64,000 nucleotides of DNA from Azoarcus sp. Its GTDB lineage: Bacteria; Pseudomonadota; Gammaproteobacteria; Burkholderiales; Rhodocyclaceae. The stretch lies in the NCBI GenBank assembly GCA_031276015.1, contig JAISNX010000040.1, positions 3,816-67,815 of the forward strand, read 5' to 3'. The notes below the pieces were generated by a model that searched no databases, had not been told where the DNA came from, and worked only from the letters and a program-made list of their open reading frames with translations. Shown one piece after another: positions 31,229 to 42,128 of this stretch. Position 1 is the first letter of the stretch; every line of letters begins with the position of its first letter. A program made the position numbers and the translations under genes.

Positions 31229-33340
31229 TTGCCTACACCCGTCAAAAAAACCTTCACCTGGGGCGCACACACCGTCACCCTCGAAACCGGTGAAGTCGCC
31301 CGCCAGGCTGGCGGCGCGGTCATCGTCAACATGGCCGACACCGTCGTGATCGCCTCCGCCTGCGCCTCCAGGGACGTCAAGCCCGGACAAGACTTTTTCC
31401 CGCTCACCGTCGACTACGTCGAAAAGTTCTACGCCGCCGGACGCATCCCCGGCGGCTTCTTCAAGCGCGAAGGCCGTCCGACCGAAAAAGAAACCCTCAC
31501 TTCGCGCCTCATCGACCGCCCAATCCGGCCCCTTTTCCCGGACGGCTTCCATAACGAAGTCCAGGTCATCGCCATCGTCCTGTCACAGAACCCGGAAGTC
31601 GACGCCGACATCCCCGCGATGATTGCCGCCTCCGCCGCGCTGGCGATTTCCGGCGTGCCCTTCAACGGCCCCATCGGCGCGGCCCGCGTCGGCTACGCCA
31701 ACGGCCAATACCTGCTCAACCCGACCACCAGCGAACTGGCCGTCAGCCAGTTGAACCTCGTCGTCGCCGGTACCGAGGCAGCCGTGCTGATGGTCGAATC
31801 CGAAGCGCAAGAGCTTTCCGAAGAAATCATGCTCGGCGCGGTCGTCTACGGCCACGAGCAGATGCAGCACGCCATCCGCGCCATCAACGAACTGGTCGAA
31901 ATCGCGGGCAAGCCGGAATGGGACTGGCAGCCGCCGCCCCAAAACGAGGCGCTGATCGCGTGCGTCACCGAACTCGCCCGCACCGATCTCGAACAGGCTT
32001 TCACCATCACCAGCAAATCGGCGCGAAGCGCCCGCCTCGACGAAATCGAAAAAGCAACGCTTGCCGCCATCGCCACCGAGGCCGCCGATACCGAACCGCC
32101 CCCGGAAAACGAGGTCAAGAACATCCTCTTCTCGCTCGAAGCGAACATCGTGCGCAGCCGCATCCTCAACGGCGAACCGCGCATCGACGGCCGCGACACC
32201 CGCAGCGTGCGCCCCATCGACATCCGCACCGGCGTATTGCCGCGCACGCACGGCTCCGCCCTCTTTACACGGGGCGAAACCCAGGCGCTGGCGGTTGCCA
32301 CGCTCGGCACTGGCCGCGATGAACAAATCATCGACGCCATCGCGGGCGAATACCGCGAAAAATTCATGCTGCATTACAACTTCCCGCCCTTCTGCACTGG
32401 CGAGACAGGCCGTTTCGGCGGCACGAAGCGGCGCGAAATCGGCCATGGACGGCTTGCCAAGCGCGCGCTGCTCGCCGTGCTGCCCAAACACGAGGACTTC
32501 AGCTACACCATCCGGCTCGTCTCCGAGATCATGGAATCCAACGGCTCCTCGTCGATGGCCTCGGTCTGCGCCGGGTCGCTCGCCCTGATGGACGCGGGCG
32601 TGCCCACCACCGGGCACGTCGCCGGCATCGCCATGGGTCTCATCAAGGAAGACAACCGTTTCGCAGTGCTCACCGACATCCTCGGCGACGAAGATCACCT
32701 CGGCGACATGGATTTCAAGGTCGCGGGCACCGAGCGCGGCGTCACCGCCCTGCAAATGGACATCAAGATCCAAGGCATCACCAAGGAAATCATGAAGGTC
32801 GCCCTCTCGCAAGCCAGCGAAGGTCGCCGTCACATCCTCGGCTTCATGCAACAGGCCATCGACGGCGCGCGCGGACAGGTTTCCGAATACGCACCGCGCA
32901 TGATAACCATGAAGATCAACCCGGAGAAAATCCGCGACGTAATCGGCAAGGGCGGCGCGGTGATCCGTGCCATGCAGGAAGAAACCGGCACCGTGATCGA
33001 GATCGCGGACGACGGCAACATCACCATCTCCAGCGTCAGCGCCGAAGGTGCGCAAGAAGCTAAGGCGCGCATCGAGGCCATCACCGTCGAAGCCGAAGTC
33101 GGCAAAATCTACGAAGGCACCGTACTGCGCCTGCTTGATTTCGGTGCCATCGTCAACATCCTGCCGGGCCGCGACGGACTGCTGCACATCTCGCAGATCG
33201 CCAACGAGCGCGTCAACAGCGTGGCCGACTACCTCAAGGAAGGCCAGGCCGTGCGAGTGAAAGTGCTGGAAACCGACGACCGCGGCAAGATTCGCCTCTC
33301 CATGAAGGCACTGCTCACGGAGCCGCCTGCCGGAGAGTAA
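31229..33340 (+). CDS. pnp: Polynucleotide phosphorylase
   Basis: [36 protein letters not shown] and S1 domains; probable TTG start. Confidence 0.98.
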   Translation: MPTPVKKTFTWGAHTVTLETGEVARQAGGAVIVNMADTVVIASACASRDVKPGQDFFPLTVDYVEKFYAAGRIPGGFFKREGRPTEKETLTSRLIDRPIRPLFPDGFHNEVQVIAIVLSQNPEVDADIPAMIAASAALAISGVPFNGPIGAARVGYANGQYLLNPTTSELAVSQLNLVVAGTEAAVLMVESEAQELSEEIMLGAVVYGHEQMQHAIRAINELVEIAGKPEWDWQPPPQNEALIACVTELARTDLEQAFTITSKSARSARLDEIEKATLAAIATEAADTEPPPENEVKNILFSLEANIVRSRILNGEPRIDGRDTRSVRPIDIRTGVLPRTHGSALFTRGETQALAVATLGTGRDEQIIDAIAGEYREKFMLHYNFPPFCTGETGRFGGTKRREIGHGRLAKRALLAVLPKHEDFSYTIRLVSEIMESNGSSSMASVCAGSLALMDAGVPTTGHVAGIAMGLIKEDNRFAVLTDILGDEDHLGDMDFKVAGTERGVTALQMDIKIQGITKEIMKVALSQASEGRRHILGFMQQAIDGARGQVSEYAPRMITMKINPEKIRDVIGKGGAVIRAMQEETGTVIEIADDGNITISSVSAEGAQEAKARIEAITVEAEVGKIYEGTVLRLLDFGAIVNILPGRDGLLHISQIANERVNSVADYLKEGQAVRVKVLETDDRGKIRLSMKALLTEPPAGE

Positions 33341-33365
33341 AAGTCTCCCCCGCACGGAGAACACA

Positions 33366-33394
33366 AAAAGGACGCCTCGGTGTCCTTTTTTATT
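33366..33394 (+). terminator. Rho-independent terminator after pnp
   Basis: AAAAGGAC-GCCTCGGT-GTCCTTTTTT. Confidence 0.75.
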
Positions 33395-33475
33395 GCGTCA
33401 TGTCAAAAACCTTGCATGGCGGTTTTCTTCTATATACACTTCTCGCGTCTTTGCATTTTTCACGAGGAGGAAATC

Positions 33476-34393
33476 ATGCCGTTTGCACAGTTATTCTTCG
33501 GCATCAGGGCCATCATTACCAATGCCGTCATTACCATTCGTTCCATCATCAGCCCCTTCGGCACAGGCATCAATGACGCCTTCACCGTAATAACCGACAA
33601 GGTTTTCAGCGCAGTCGACACCGTGATAAACCTGGCCGGGAAATTTCTGGGACGGCATCAGGAACCGACAGAGATATTCCCCGGTCCAGCGCAGCCACCG
33701 ATGTACGATCCCGTGGGACCGGAACCCGAACCTGAGCCGGAACCCGAGCCGGAACCGGAACCCGAGCCGGAACCGGAACCCGAGCCGGAACCGGACCCCG
33801 AGCCGGAACCCGAACCTGAGCCGGAACCCGAACCGGAACCGGAACCCGAGCCGGAACCACAAGGCCAAACCCTTGTCGGTAGCACGGGCGCGGATACCCT
33901 GACGGGTGGCACGGGCAACGACACGCTATCCGGGAATGCTGGCAACGATGTGTTGACCGGCGGTGCCGGAAACGATGTCATCGAAGGCGGTGCAGGAAAC
34001 GACACCTACTATTACAACCTGGGCGATGGCTTCGACGACATCGTCGATACCGGCGGCTCCGATACCCTCATCCTCGGCCCCGGCATCACGCCCAACAACA
34101 TCAGCTTTGGTGCCGTCACGGATCCCGATTCGTCCTCCGCGTTCGAGAGCGTCTATCTACGCATCGACGACGGCAGCGGACTCATCAATCTCCACATAGA
34201 TGCCTCGAATCTGTCCGGCACCATCATCGACAGCATCAAATTTGCTGATGGCACCACATGGGGATTATTTGACTACTACGCGCAGTTGAGCAACGGCCAG
34301 AACGTTGAAGCACCCGGTGCCAGCAATGGCATCACTGCAAGCGACGTGGAGGAAATCATCTCCGGTACCTCCGACGAACTGCATCTGCCTTGA
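33476..34393 (+). CDS. RTX/hemolysin-type Ca-binding repeat protein with (Pro-Glu)n linker
   Basis: SD GAGGAGG; GGxGxD nonapeptide repeats ([23 protein letters not shown]); PE tract. Confidence 0.85.
   Translation: MPFAQLFFGIRAIITNAVITIRSIISPFGTGINDAFTVITDKVFSAVDTVINLAGKFLGRHQEPTEIFPGPAQPPMYDPVGPEPEPEPEPEPEPEPEPEPEPEPEPDPEPEPEPEPEPEPEPEPEPEPQGQTLVGSTGADTLTGGTGNDTLSGNAGNDVLTGGAGNDVIEGGAGNDTYYYNLGDGFDDIVDTGGSDTLILGPGITPNNISFGAVTDPDSSSAFESVYLRIDDGSGLINLHIDASNLSGTIIDSIKFADGTTWGLFDYYAQLSNGQNVEAPGASNGITASDVEEIISGTSDELHLP
33719..33859 (+). repeat. In-frame hexanucleotide repeat encoding 23 PE/PD dipeptides
   Basis: CCGGAA/CCCGAG/CCTGAG units. Confidence 0.95.
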
Positions 34394-34518
34394 TGAATCA
34401 GGCAGGCAAGTAGCCAGACCGTTTCACACAGATAACGGGCGATCCGGTCAAAAACCGGATCGCCTGTTTTTTTGCAACGACAAGAACTGTTGTTATGAAC
34501 TGGCGACACGGGGATTTC

Positions 34519-34547
34519 TTGACGGGAGGCCCAGTGCCCACTAGAAT
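34519..34547 (+). promoter_or_regulatory. Sigma70 promoter of tRNA-Asn
   Basis: TTGACG-N17-TAGAAT followed by a GC-rich discriminator. Confidence 0.8.
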
Positions 34548-34560
34548 GCGCGGCCTGTGT

Positions 34561-34636
34561 TCCTCGATAGCTCAGTCGGTAGAGCGACGGACTGTTAATC
34601 CGCAGGTCCCAGGTTCGAGCCCTGGTCGAGGAGCCA
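34561..34636 (+). tRNA. tRNA-Asn (GTT)
   Basis: TCCTCGA/TCGAGGA acceptor stem, D-arm AGCTCAGTCGGTAGAGC, anticodon loop CTGTTAA, GGTTCGAGCC, CCA end. Confidence 0.97.
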
Positions 34637-34641
34637 ACAAC

Positions 34642-34672
34642 AAGCGCGAGTTCAATGGCTCGCGCTTTTTCT
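34642..34672 (+). terminator. Terminator after tRNA-Asn
   Basis: AAGCGCGAG...CTCGCGCTTTTT. Confidence 0.75.
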
Positions 34673-35002
34673 TTTCCCTGCCTTTCAGTCCCATGACATG
34701 AACCCTGGGCACGGAGTCGGGGTTTGCCGCGCGGCGCTTTTGCGTCTGACTCAGTGGCCGTTCTTTCCCGAAGGCAAGGAAAAAATATCTTGTCACGATC
34801 CTTCGTGATGCTGTCTTCGTCTCATCCGGTACAAGGCCACCCGCCGCGAAGCGGCAAATCAACATAGCGCATTGAAAGCGCCGCGCGGCAAACCCCGGCT
34901 CCATGCCCGAACGGAGAACAACAAAACGCCCGCGACCAGCGCGCGGGCGCGACTCCGGCGGGTTGCGGTTACAATACCGCTCCCCGACTGGAGGCCCGTC
35001 CC

Positions 35003-35647
35003 GTGTCCGGCATCACCCTTGCCCTTTCCAAAGGCCGCATTTTTGAAGAAACCCTGCCCCTGCTCGCCGCCGCGGGCATCGTGCCTGCCGACGACCCGGA
35101 GCGTTCGCGCAAGCTCATCATCGACTCCAACCGGCCCGATGTACGGCTGGTCATCGTGCGAGCCACCGACACACCAACCTACGTCCAACATGGCGCGGCC
35201 GAACTCGGCGTCGCGGGCAAGGACGTGCTGCTCGAACACGGCGGCGCGGGCCTGTACCAGCCGCTCGACCTCAATATCGCGCGCTGCCGCCTGTGCGTGG
35301 CGGTGAAAAAGGGCTTCGACTACGCAGCGGCAGCCCGCCCCGGCGGGCGTATCCGCGTGGCAACCAAATATATCGAATCGGCCAAGGCGCATTTCGCGGG
35401 AAAGGGCATGCACGTCGATCTCATCAAACTCTACGGCTCCATGGAACTCGCCCCGCTCGTGGGGCTGGCCGATGCCATCGTCGATCTCGTCTCCTCGGGC
35501 AGCACCCTGCGCGCCAACGGCTTGGAAGAAGTCGAAGAAATCGCGCCCATCAGTTCGCGGCTGATCGTCAACCAGGCCGCGCTCAAGCTCAAGCGCGAAC
35601 TCGTCCAACCCCTGCTCGATGCTTTCGCCCATGCCGTCCGCGCCTGA
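35003..35647 (+). CDS. hisG: ATP phosphoribosyltransferase (short form)
   Basis: [42 protein letters not shown]. Confidence 0.97.
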   Translation: MSGITLALSKGRIFEETLPLLAAAGIVPADDPERSRKLIIDSNRPDVRLVIVRATDTPTYVQHGAAELGVAGKDVLLEHGGAGLYQPLDLNIARCRLCVAVKKGFDYAAAARPGGRIRVATKYIESAKAHFAGKGMHVDLIKLYGSMELAPLVGLADAIVDLVSSGSTLRANGLEEVEEIAPISSRLIVNQAALKLKRELVQPLLDAFAHAVRA

Positions 35648-35695
35648 ACACACGGCGATGTCATTTACGATCCGCTCCCTTACCGGACACCGACC

Positions 35696-37006
35696 ATGAG
35701 CCAGACCCCCATCCGCCGCCTCGACGCCGGTTCTCCCGACTTTCCCGCCGCGCTCGACGCACTGCTCGCCTTCGAGGCCGCCGCCGATGCGCGCATCGAC
35801 ACCGCAGTAACCGAAATCCTGCACGCGGTGCGCACGCAGGGCGACGCCGCGATCATCGAATACACCCGCCGCTTCGACGGACTCGATGCCACTTCTATGA
35901 GCGCGCTGGAACTGCCCCAAAGCGCACTGCGGGCGGCGCTGGCCTCCCTCGGCACCGCGCAGCGCGAGGCGCTCGAAACCGCCGCCACGCGCGTGTGCAC
36001 CTACCACGAGCGCCAGAAAGGCGAATCCTGGACTTACACCGAAGCCGACGGCAGCATTCTCGGCCAGCAAGTCACCCCGCTCGACCGCGTCGGCCTCTAC
36101 GTGCCCGGCGGACGGGCGGCTTACCCCAGTTCCGTGCTCATGAACGCCATCCCCGCCAAAGTCGCGGGCGTCGGCGAACTCATCATGACCGTCCCCACGC
36201 CGGGCGGCGAAAAAAACCCACTGGTGCTGGCCGCCGCCGCCATCACCGGCGTGGATCGCGTCTTTACCATCGGCGGCGCGCAGGCGGTAGCGGCGCTCGC
36301 CTACGGCACACCCACCATCCCGCAGGTCGACAAAATCGTCGGCCCCGGCAATGCCTACGTCGCCGAAGCCAAGCGGCGGGTATTCGGCACGGTGGGCATC
36401 GACATGATCGCCGGGCCTTCCGAAGTGCTCGTCATCTCCGACGGCAGCGGCAATGCGGACTGGGTGGCAATGGACTTGTTCGCGCAAGCCGAGCACGACG
36501 AACTGGCGCAATCCATCCTGCTTTGCACCGACGCAGCCTTCATCGACGCCGTACACGCCGCCATCGACCGCCTGCTGCCCGAGATGCCCAGACGCGACAC
36601 CATCGCCCGCTCCCTCGCGGGCCGGGGCGCGCTCATCCACGTCGACAGCCTCGAACAAGCCTGCGAAATCGCCAACCACATCGCCCCCGAACACCTCGAA
36701 CTCTCGCTCGACAAAGCCGAAAACTGGATCGACCGCATCCGCCACGCCGGAGCGATTTTCGTCGGCCATTGGGCGGTCGAAGCACTGGGCGACTACTGCG
36801 CCGGCCCCAACCACGTACTGCCCACGATGCGCAGCGCCCGCTTTTCGTCGCCGCTCGGCACCTACGACTTCCAGAAACGCAGCAGCATCGTGCAAATCTC
36901 GGAAACCGGCGCGCGGCAACTCGCGCCCACCGCCGCCATCCTCGCCGACGGCGAAGGGCTGCAAGCACACGCAAGATCGGCAAGGATGCGCGCCGGAGGC
37001 AAATAA
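35696..37006 (+). CDS. hisD: Histidinol dehydrogenase
   Basis: [41 protein letters not shown]. Confidence 0.98.
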   Translation: MSQTPIRRLDAGSPDFPAALDALLAFEAAADARIDTAVTEILHAVRTQGDAAIIEYTRRFDGLDATSMSALELPQSALRAALASLGTAQREALETAATRVCTYHERQKGESWTYTEADGSILGQQVTPLDRVGLYVPGGRAAYPSSVLMNAIPAKVAGVGELIMTVPTPGGEKNPLVLAAAAITGVDRVFTIGGAQAVAALAYGTPTIPQVDKIVGPGNAYVAEAKRRVFGTVGIDMIAGPSEVLVISDGSGNADWVAMDLFAQAEHDELAQSILLCTDAAFIDAVHAAIDRLLPEMPRRDTIARSLAGRGALIHVDSLEQACEIANHIAPEHLELSLDKAENWIDRIRHAGAIFVGHWAVEALGDYCAGPNHVLPTMRSARFSSPLGTYDFQKRSSIVQISETGARQLAPTAAILADGEGLQAHARSARMRAGGK

Positions 37007-37116
37007 GCCGCCCAAATGCCGGACGGAGGACGGAAAACACCTCGCAAACCCTCATGACCTTGCCGGAAACCCTCTCCGGCATTAGACTCTCACGATTCAT
37101 CCGAAGCATCGCGTTC

Positions 37117-37875
37117 ATGCCCAATCCAGCCACCGCCCGGTCGATCGAATTCCACAACACGAGCCTGGGGGCGATCGTCATCTCGCTGAACCGCGCCGAC
37201 CCGGCGGGACTTGCCGACGACATGCACAAGATGCTCGGCGGACGGCCCGATCACTTCAACCACGAACCGGCCATTCTCGACTTCTCGGCGCTCCCGGATA
37301 TACCCGAAAATATCGACTGGAGCGGCCTGCTGTCCCTGTTACGGCGCTACCGCCTGCAACCCGTCGGCGTGCGTGCCCTGCCGGACGAACCCCGCCTTGC
37401 CGCCGCGCGCCGACTTGGCCTTGCCGTACTCGACAACGCGCCACGCGAGCCGGAAAAACACCCCAGGCAAGCGGCAAAACCCCGTCCGACCGAAGAACCG
37501 CCGTCTTCTTCCTTCGTCCCGGCGGCATCCACGCTGTTCGTCGACCGTCCGGTGCGCTCGGGACAACAGATTTACGCCCAGGGCGGCGACCTCGTTCTCC
37601 TGGCCGGGATCAGCCCCGGCTCGGAAGTCATCGCCGACGGCAACATCCACTGCTTCGGCCCGCTGGCGGGCCGCGCGCTGGCCGGGGCAAACGGCAACGC
37701 CGGAGCGCGTATCATCGCTACCTGCTTCGGCCCGGAACTGGTGGCGATCGCCGGGGTATACCGCACGTTCGAACGGGGCGTGCCGGGGGCCATCGCCGGA
37801 CAGCCCGTGATGGTGCATCTGAAGCCCTCGGCGCGCAATCAATCCATTATCATCGAACCGCTACAGATCGCCTGA
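37117..37875 (+). CDS. minC: Septum site-determining protein MinC
   Basis: VRSGQQIYA, GSEVIADGNIH..GRALAG; upstream of minD; start uncertain. Confidence 0.93.
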   Translation: MPNPATARSIEFHNTSLGAIVISLNRADPAGLADDMHKMLGGRPDHFNHEPAILDFSALPDIPENIDWSGLLSLLRRYRLQPVGVRALPDEPRLAAARRLGLAVLDNAPREPEKHPRQAAKPRPTEEPPSSSFVPAASTLFVDRPVRSGQQIYAQGGDLVLLAGISPGSEVIADGNIHCFGPLAGRALAGANGNAGARIIATCFGPELVAIAGVYRTFERGVPGAIAGQPVMVHLKPSARNQSIIIEPLQIA

Positions 37876-37901
37876 AACCGACCTATTTTCGAGGGGAAAA
37901 A

Positions 37902-38720
37902 GTGAGAGTCATCGTTGTTACTTCCGGCAAGGGCGGGGTCGGCAAGACCACCACCAGCGCAGCGTTCGCCTCGGGGCTGGCCCTGCGCGGCTTCAAGACA
38001 GCGGTCATCGACTTCGACGTCGGCCTGCGCAACCTCGACCTCATCATGGGATGCGAACGGCGCGTCGTCTACGACCTCATCAACGTCATCCACGGCGAGG
38101 CCAAGCTCCACCAGGCTCTCATCAAGGACAAACACTGCGACAACGACAACCTTTTCATCCTCCCCGCCTCGCAGACGCGCGACAAGGAGGCGCTCACCGA
38201 AGAAGGCGTCGAAGCCGTCTTCAAGGAACTCGACAGCATGGGCTTCGACTACGCCGTGTGCGACTCCCCCGCCGGAATCGAACACGGCGCGATCATGGCG
38301 CTCACCTTCGCCGACGAAGCCATCGTCACCACCAATCCGGAAGTCTCCTCCGTGCGCGACTCCGACCGCATACTCGGCATCCTGCAATCGAAATCCCGGC
38401 GCGCGCGCGACGGCAGCGAGCCGGTCAAGGAGCACCTGCTGCTCACCCGCTATGCCCCCAAGCGCGTCGAAAACGGCGAGATGCTTTCCTACAAGGATGT
38501 GCAGGAACTACTGCGCATTCCGCTGCTCGGCGTCATTCCCGAATCGGAAGCCGTGCTCCATGCTTCCAACCAGGGCATTCCGGCCATCCATCTCAACGGG
38601 TCGAACGTCGCTGAATCCTATACCGATGTCGTCGCCCGTTTCCTCGGCGAACAGCGCCCCCTGCGTTTCGTCAATTTCGAGAAGCCCGGCTTCATCAAGC
38701 GCCTGTTCGGAGGCAAGTAA
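37902..38720 (+). CDS. minD: MinD ATPase
   Basis: TSGKGGVGKTT, DVGLRNLD, DSPAGIE, C-terminal GFIKRLFG. Confidence 0.98.
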   Translation: MRVIVVTSGKGGVGKTTTSAAFASGLALRGFKTAVIDFDVGLRNLDLIMGCERRVVYDLINVIHGEAKLHQALIKDKHCDNDNLFILPASQTRDKEALTEEGVEAVFKELDSMGFDYAVCDSPAGIEHGAIMALTFADEAIVTTNPEVSSVRDSDRILGILQSKSRRARDGSEPVKEHLLLTRYAPKRVENGEMLSYKDVQELLRIPLLGVIPESEAVLHASNQGIPAIHLNGSNVAESYTDVVARFLGEQRPLRFVNFEKPGFIKRLFGGK

Positions 38721-38721
38721 C

Positions 38722-39042
38722 ATGTCATTTCTTGGTCGTCTTTTCGGCGAAAAGAAGAAAACGGCGGCAATCGCCAAAAACCGCCTGGCGATCCTGATTG
38801 CGCACGAGCGCAGTCCCAATTCCGGACGGACGGACTACATTCCGGCGATGAAGGACGAATTGCTCCAGGTCATCTCGAAATACGTCAAGGTCAACCCGAG
38901 CGACATCAATATCCAGTTCAGCAGGCAAGACACCTACGAAGTCATGGAAGTCAACGTCGTCCTGCCCGAAGAAACGCCGGAACGGCCCGCGCCCGCCGTG
39001 CCCCCCCGCACTTTCAGCGCGAGACGCCCGCACCGGAAATAA
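38722..39042 (+). CDS. minE: MinE topological specificity factor
   Basis: TAAIAKNRLAILIAHER, ELLQVISKYV. Confidence 0.95.
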   Translation: MSFLGRLFGEKKKTAAIAKNRLAILIAHERSPNSGRTDYIPAMKDELLQVISKYVKVNPSDINIQFSRQDTYEVMEVNVVLPEETPERPAPAVPPRTFSARRPHRK

Positions 39043-39061
39043 AGAAACGCTGCGGGAAGAA

Positions 39062-39634
39062 TCAATCGCCGCGTTTCGCCAGCGTGGGCATGGCGCGATT
39101 GAGGTAATACCCCATCGACCACAGGGTGAGCGCGGCGGCGACGTAGATCAGGATGCTGCCGATGAGGCGGATGTCGATACCGAAAAAGGTATCGTTGTAG
39201 AGTAGCGCCGGAATGGCGGACATTTGCGCCGTCGTCTTGAGCTTGCCGATATAGGCCACGGCCACGCTGGCGGACGCCCCCACTCGCGCCATCCATTCGC
39301 GCAGGGCCGAAATAGTGATTTCGCGCCCGATGATGATAATGGCAATGAGCACATCGACGCGCGAGAGCTGCACCAGCATGATGAGCGCCGCGGCCACCAT
39401 CAGCTTGTCGGCCACGGGGTCGAGAAAGGCACCGAAGGCCGAAGTCTGCCGCAGGACGCGGGCGAGATAGCCGTCGAGCCAGTCGGTAATCGCAGCGGCG
39501 ACGAAAAGGATCATGGCCAGCAGGTTTTTTTGCGCCATGCCCATCCAGTCGTCGGGCAAGTAGAAAATACCGATGAACACAGGGATCAGGGCGATTCGCA
39601 TCCAGGTCAGCAGATTGGGGATATTGATTTGCAT
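39062..39634 (-). CDS. pgsA: CDP-diacylglycerol--glycerol-3-phosphate 3-phosphatidyltransferase
   Basis: NIPNLLTWMR, TDWLDGYLAR, GAFLDPVADK, GKLKT. Confidence 0.96.
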   Translation of the reverse strand: MQINIPNLLTWMRIALIPVFIGIFYLPDDWMGMAQKNLLAMILFVAAAITDWLDGYLARVLRQTSAFGAFLDPVADKLMVAAALIMLVQLSRVDVLIAIIIIGREITISALREWMARVGASASVAVAYIGKLKTTAQMSAIPALLYNDTFFGIDIRLIGSILIYVAAALTLWSMGYYLNRAMPTLAKRGD

Positions 39635-39846
39635 CGCGGCATGCCCGCCTTTGTCCTCGTATTCAGTGCAAGGCGGAGTATATCTGCTCAGCAAGCTTGC
39701 GGTTGACGCCCGCACTTCGCCCGACCGTGACAAGAGTACGATCAAGCAGATTGACGTATTACGTCAACATCGTTATCATTACATCCTTGCGCCGAGTCCG
39801 ACCGGGATGCGGTTTTCCCGACAAGCATGGCGAGCAAAAAAATACC

Positions 39847-39874
39847 TTGACAAATCAATGAGTTCTGGTATAAT
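39847..39874 (+). promoter_or_regulatory. Perfect-consensus sigma70 promoter with extended -10
   Basis: TTGACA-N16-TATAAT with TG at 39866-39867. Confidence 0.85.
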
Positions 39875-39877
39875 GCG

Positions 39878-39911
39878 CCTGCAGCCTGCAACCTGCAACC
39901 TGCAACCTGCA
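39878..39911. repeat. 7-bp tandem repeat (CCTGCAA, ~5 units) at the predicted transcription start
   Basis: CCTGCAG CCTGCAA CCTGCAA CCTGCAA CCTGCA. Confidence 0.85.
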
Positions 39912-40123
39912 TGAACGCATCCGCGTCCCTGCCGGTTCCGCGCTAAACCGCGCCGCACACGCGCGCCTTCCGGCGCACCTCGCGCCAATCCCCTACCCCG
40001 CTTTTCCTTCCCATCCGGGCGCGTCGTTTCGCGTTTTTCCCGGATGCGCGGATATTTCGCCTGCCGTAGCACCGTTTCATTCGTCATTGAAACGACCGCG
40101 AAAGGATGCAGGGAGCTAAATCC

Positions 40124-40333
40124 ATGCCCGTCAGACCCCACCCGATAACCTACGAATGCCCTGCCTGCGGCTGGTCGAAGACGGTCGCGCCGCAAAGCGA
40201 TTGCCTGATCGCGGGCCGTGACTGTTTCGACGCCTGTCCCGAATGCGGCAACGAAAACCTGAACACACGTCCCCCCAAGCTCATAGAACGCCTCTTGTCG
40301 GGCGTTTTCGATCGCACGCCGACGGGCCGCTGA
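40124..40333 (+). CDS. Small zinc-ribbon protein (69 aa)
   Basis: SD GGAG; CPACG and CPECG motifs. Confidence 0.7.
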   Translation: MPVRPHPITYECPACGWSKTVAPQSDCLIAGRDCFDACPECGNENLNTRPPKLIERLLSGVFDRTPTGR

Positions 40334-40391
40334 ACCGCATCCCGCCCCCCGGCACGACACATCCCAAACCCATGAAATGAAAGGATAAATC

Positions 40392-42128
40392 ATGCTCGAA
40401 AAACAAAAAGCCCTGATCGCCTACTGCGGCGCGCTCACCGAGAAAATCCAGCCCGCTGGCCTGTCCGGAAACATGGTCGAAACCATCGCGCAATTGGAGC
40501 GATCAGTCCGCAACCAGGAATTGCTTGTGCCCGTGGTCGGCGCGTTCAGTTCCGGCAAGTCCACGCTCATCAACAAAATACTGAACGAAGACAGGCTACC
40601 CGTGGCGATCACCCCGGAAACCTCGCTGGCGACGGAACTGCGTTACGCTGTCGAGGAACGCATCGAGGCCGTAAGGGAAGACGGCGGCATCGCGCGCTTC
40701 GGCGTGGATGAAATCGAAACGGTGGCCCAGAACGCCGCGCAATACCACTACGCCCGCCTGTATCTCAACAACACGCGCCTCCAGGACATCGAGCCGCTGG
40801 TGCTGGTGGACATGCCCGGCTTCAACTCCCCGCTGGACGCGCACAACAAGGCCATCATGGCCTACATCGAGCGCGGCTGCCATTACCTCGTGCTGGTCAG
40901 CGCGGAAGAAGGTACCGTTTCCAGCAGCCTGCTGCGGCACGTGCGGGAGATCGCCGAATTCTCGCATGGCATGTCGTTTTTCCTCACCAAGTCCGATCTC
41001 AGGTCGCAAGACGATGTCGCCGAACTGGCGAGGCATTTCACGGAAACACTGCGCGACAATGGCGACTTCGCGGGCGAAGTCGTTCCCATATCGCAGGCGT
41101 CACCGGACGCGGCAATCAGCCTGCTCAAGAGCATCAACGCCGAAAGCCTCTTTTTCGACATCTTCCGGAACCCGGCGCAGGAAGTCGCCGACGGCCTGAT
41201 CGATGCCATCAATATTCACATCCATGCGCTGAAAAAAGACAGGAAGATTGTTTCCCGCGCTATCGACGGACTGAAAGATGCGCTCGACAAACTACAACGC
41301 TGCGCCAAAGATGAGCTTGAAAACCTTTCGCGCCGTAATTCGGGCGATACCGTCATCAAGGACGTTCTCTCGGACGTTGGCGAGGCATTGGAAGACGCGC
41401 TGGATGAACTGATCGCCTCCGCCCGACGCAAGAATATGGCGGCGACCGAATGCTGTTTGAGCGACATCGTGCGTAGCGCGTTGAACATTTCCGTGAGTCG
41501 GCACCTGGGCGACGTAAACCGGGAAATCGTCTCCGACCTGTCCGGTTCGCTTAAAAGCCTGGACAGGGTATCCGGTTCGCTGAAAAGCCTGGACAGGGTA
41601 ATGAGCGACTTGGGTGTCAGTAGCGAGTTCATACAAAAGCTCGCTGGAATCATCGAGTCCCAAATCTCCGACAGGCTGGCTTTTTCCGTGGCGGAAACTG
41701 CGGTAAAAACGCTCCTGCCTGCGACCGCCAAAGTCGCAGGTATCGGCGCGGCTACCATCGCCAACCCGGTACTGGGCATCGTGGTGGCCTTTCTGCCTGA
41801 AATACTCGGTGGAATCTTCGGGAAAATCAACGAGTCCCAAATGGACGAAAAATTGCGCGTCGCCTTTCTGGGCGAAGTCTTTCCGCAGATCAAGCGTCAG
41901 ATTCGCCCCGAACTGCAAAGGCTTTTCAACGATGCCACGCGCAGCATGATCGAAAAGGCGCGTGCCCAATACGAAGAACAGATCGGCCAGAAAAGGGCCG
42001 AACTCGAAGCCGCCCTGCGGGAAAAGGGCAGCAACACAGCCGAACGAGATCGGGACATCGAGAGGCTGGAAAAAGTGCGCGACGCCGTAAACGCCGCCGT
42101 CAATGAACTATTTGGAGAAATAGCATGA
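40392..42128 (+). CDS. Bacterial dynamin-like GTPase 1
   Basis: G1 GAFSSGKST, G2 PETS, G3 DMPG, G4 TKSD; hydrophobic paddle NPVLGIVVAFLPEILGGIFG; coiled-coil C-terminus. Confidence 0.9.
   Translation: MLEKQKALIAYCGALTEKIQPAGLSGNMVETIAQLERSVRNQELLVPVVGAFSSGKSTLINKILNEDRLPVAITPETSLATELRYAVEERIEAVREDGGIARFGVDEIETVAQNAAQYHYARLYLNNTRLQDIEPLVLVDMPGFNSPLDAHNKAIMAYIERGCHYLVLVSAEEGTVSSSLLRHVREIAEFSHGMSFFLTKSDLRSQDDVAELARHFTETLRDNGDFAGEVVPISQASPDAAISLLKSINAESLFFDIFRNPAQEVADGLIDAINIHIHALKKDRKIVSRAIDGLKDALDKLQRCAKDELENLSRRNSGDTVIKDVLSDVGEALEDALDELIASARRKNMAATECCLSDIVRSALNISVSRHLGDVNREIVSDLSGSLKSLDRVSGSLKSLDRVMSDLGVSSEFIQKLAGIIESQISDRLAFSVAETAVKTLLPATAKVAGIGAATIANPVLGIVVAFLPEILGGIFGKINESQMDEKLRVAFLGEVFPQIKRQIRPELQRLFNDATRSMIEKARAQYEEQIGQKRAELEAALREKGSNTAERDRDIERLEKVRDAVNAAVNELFGEIA

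Noticed and set aside
34637-35002. Integrative element at tRNA-Asn
   Set aside because: No integrase and no duplicated tRNA 3' end seen; hisG follows directly
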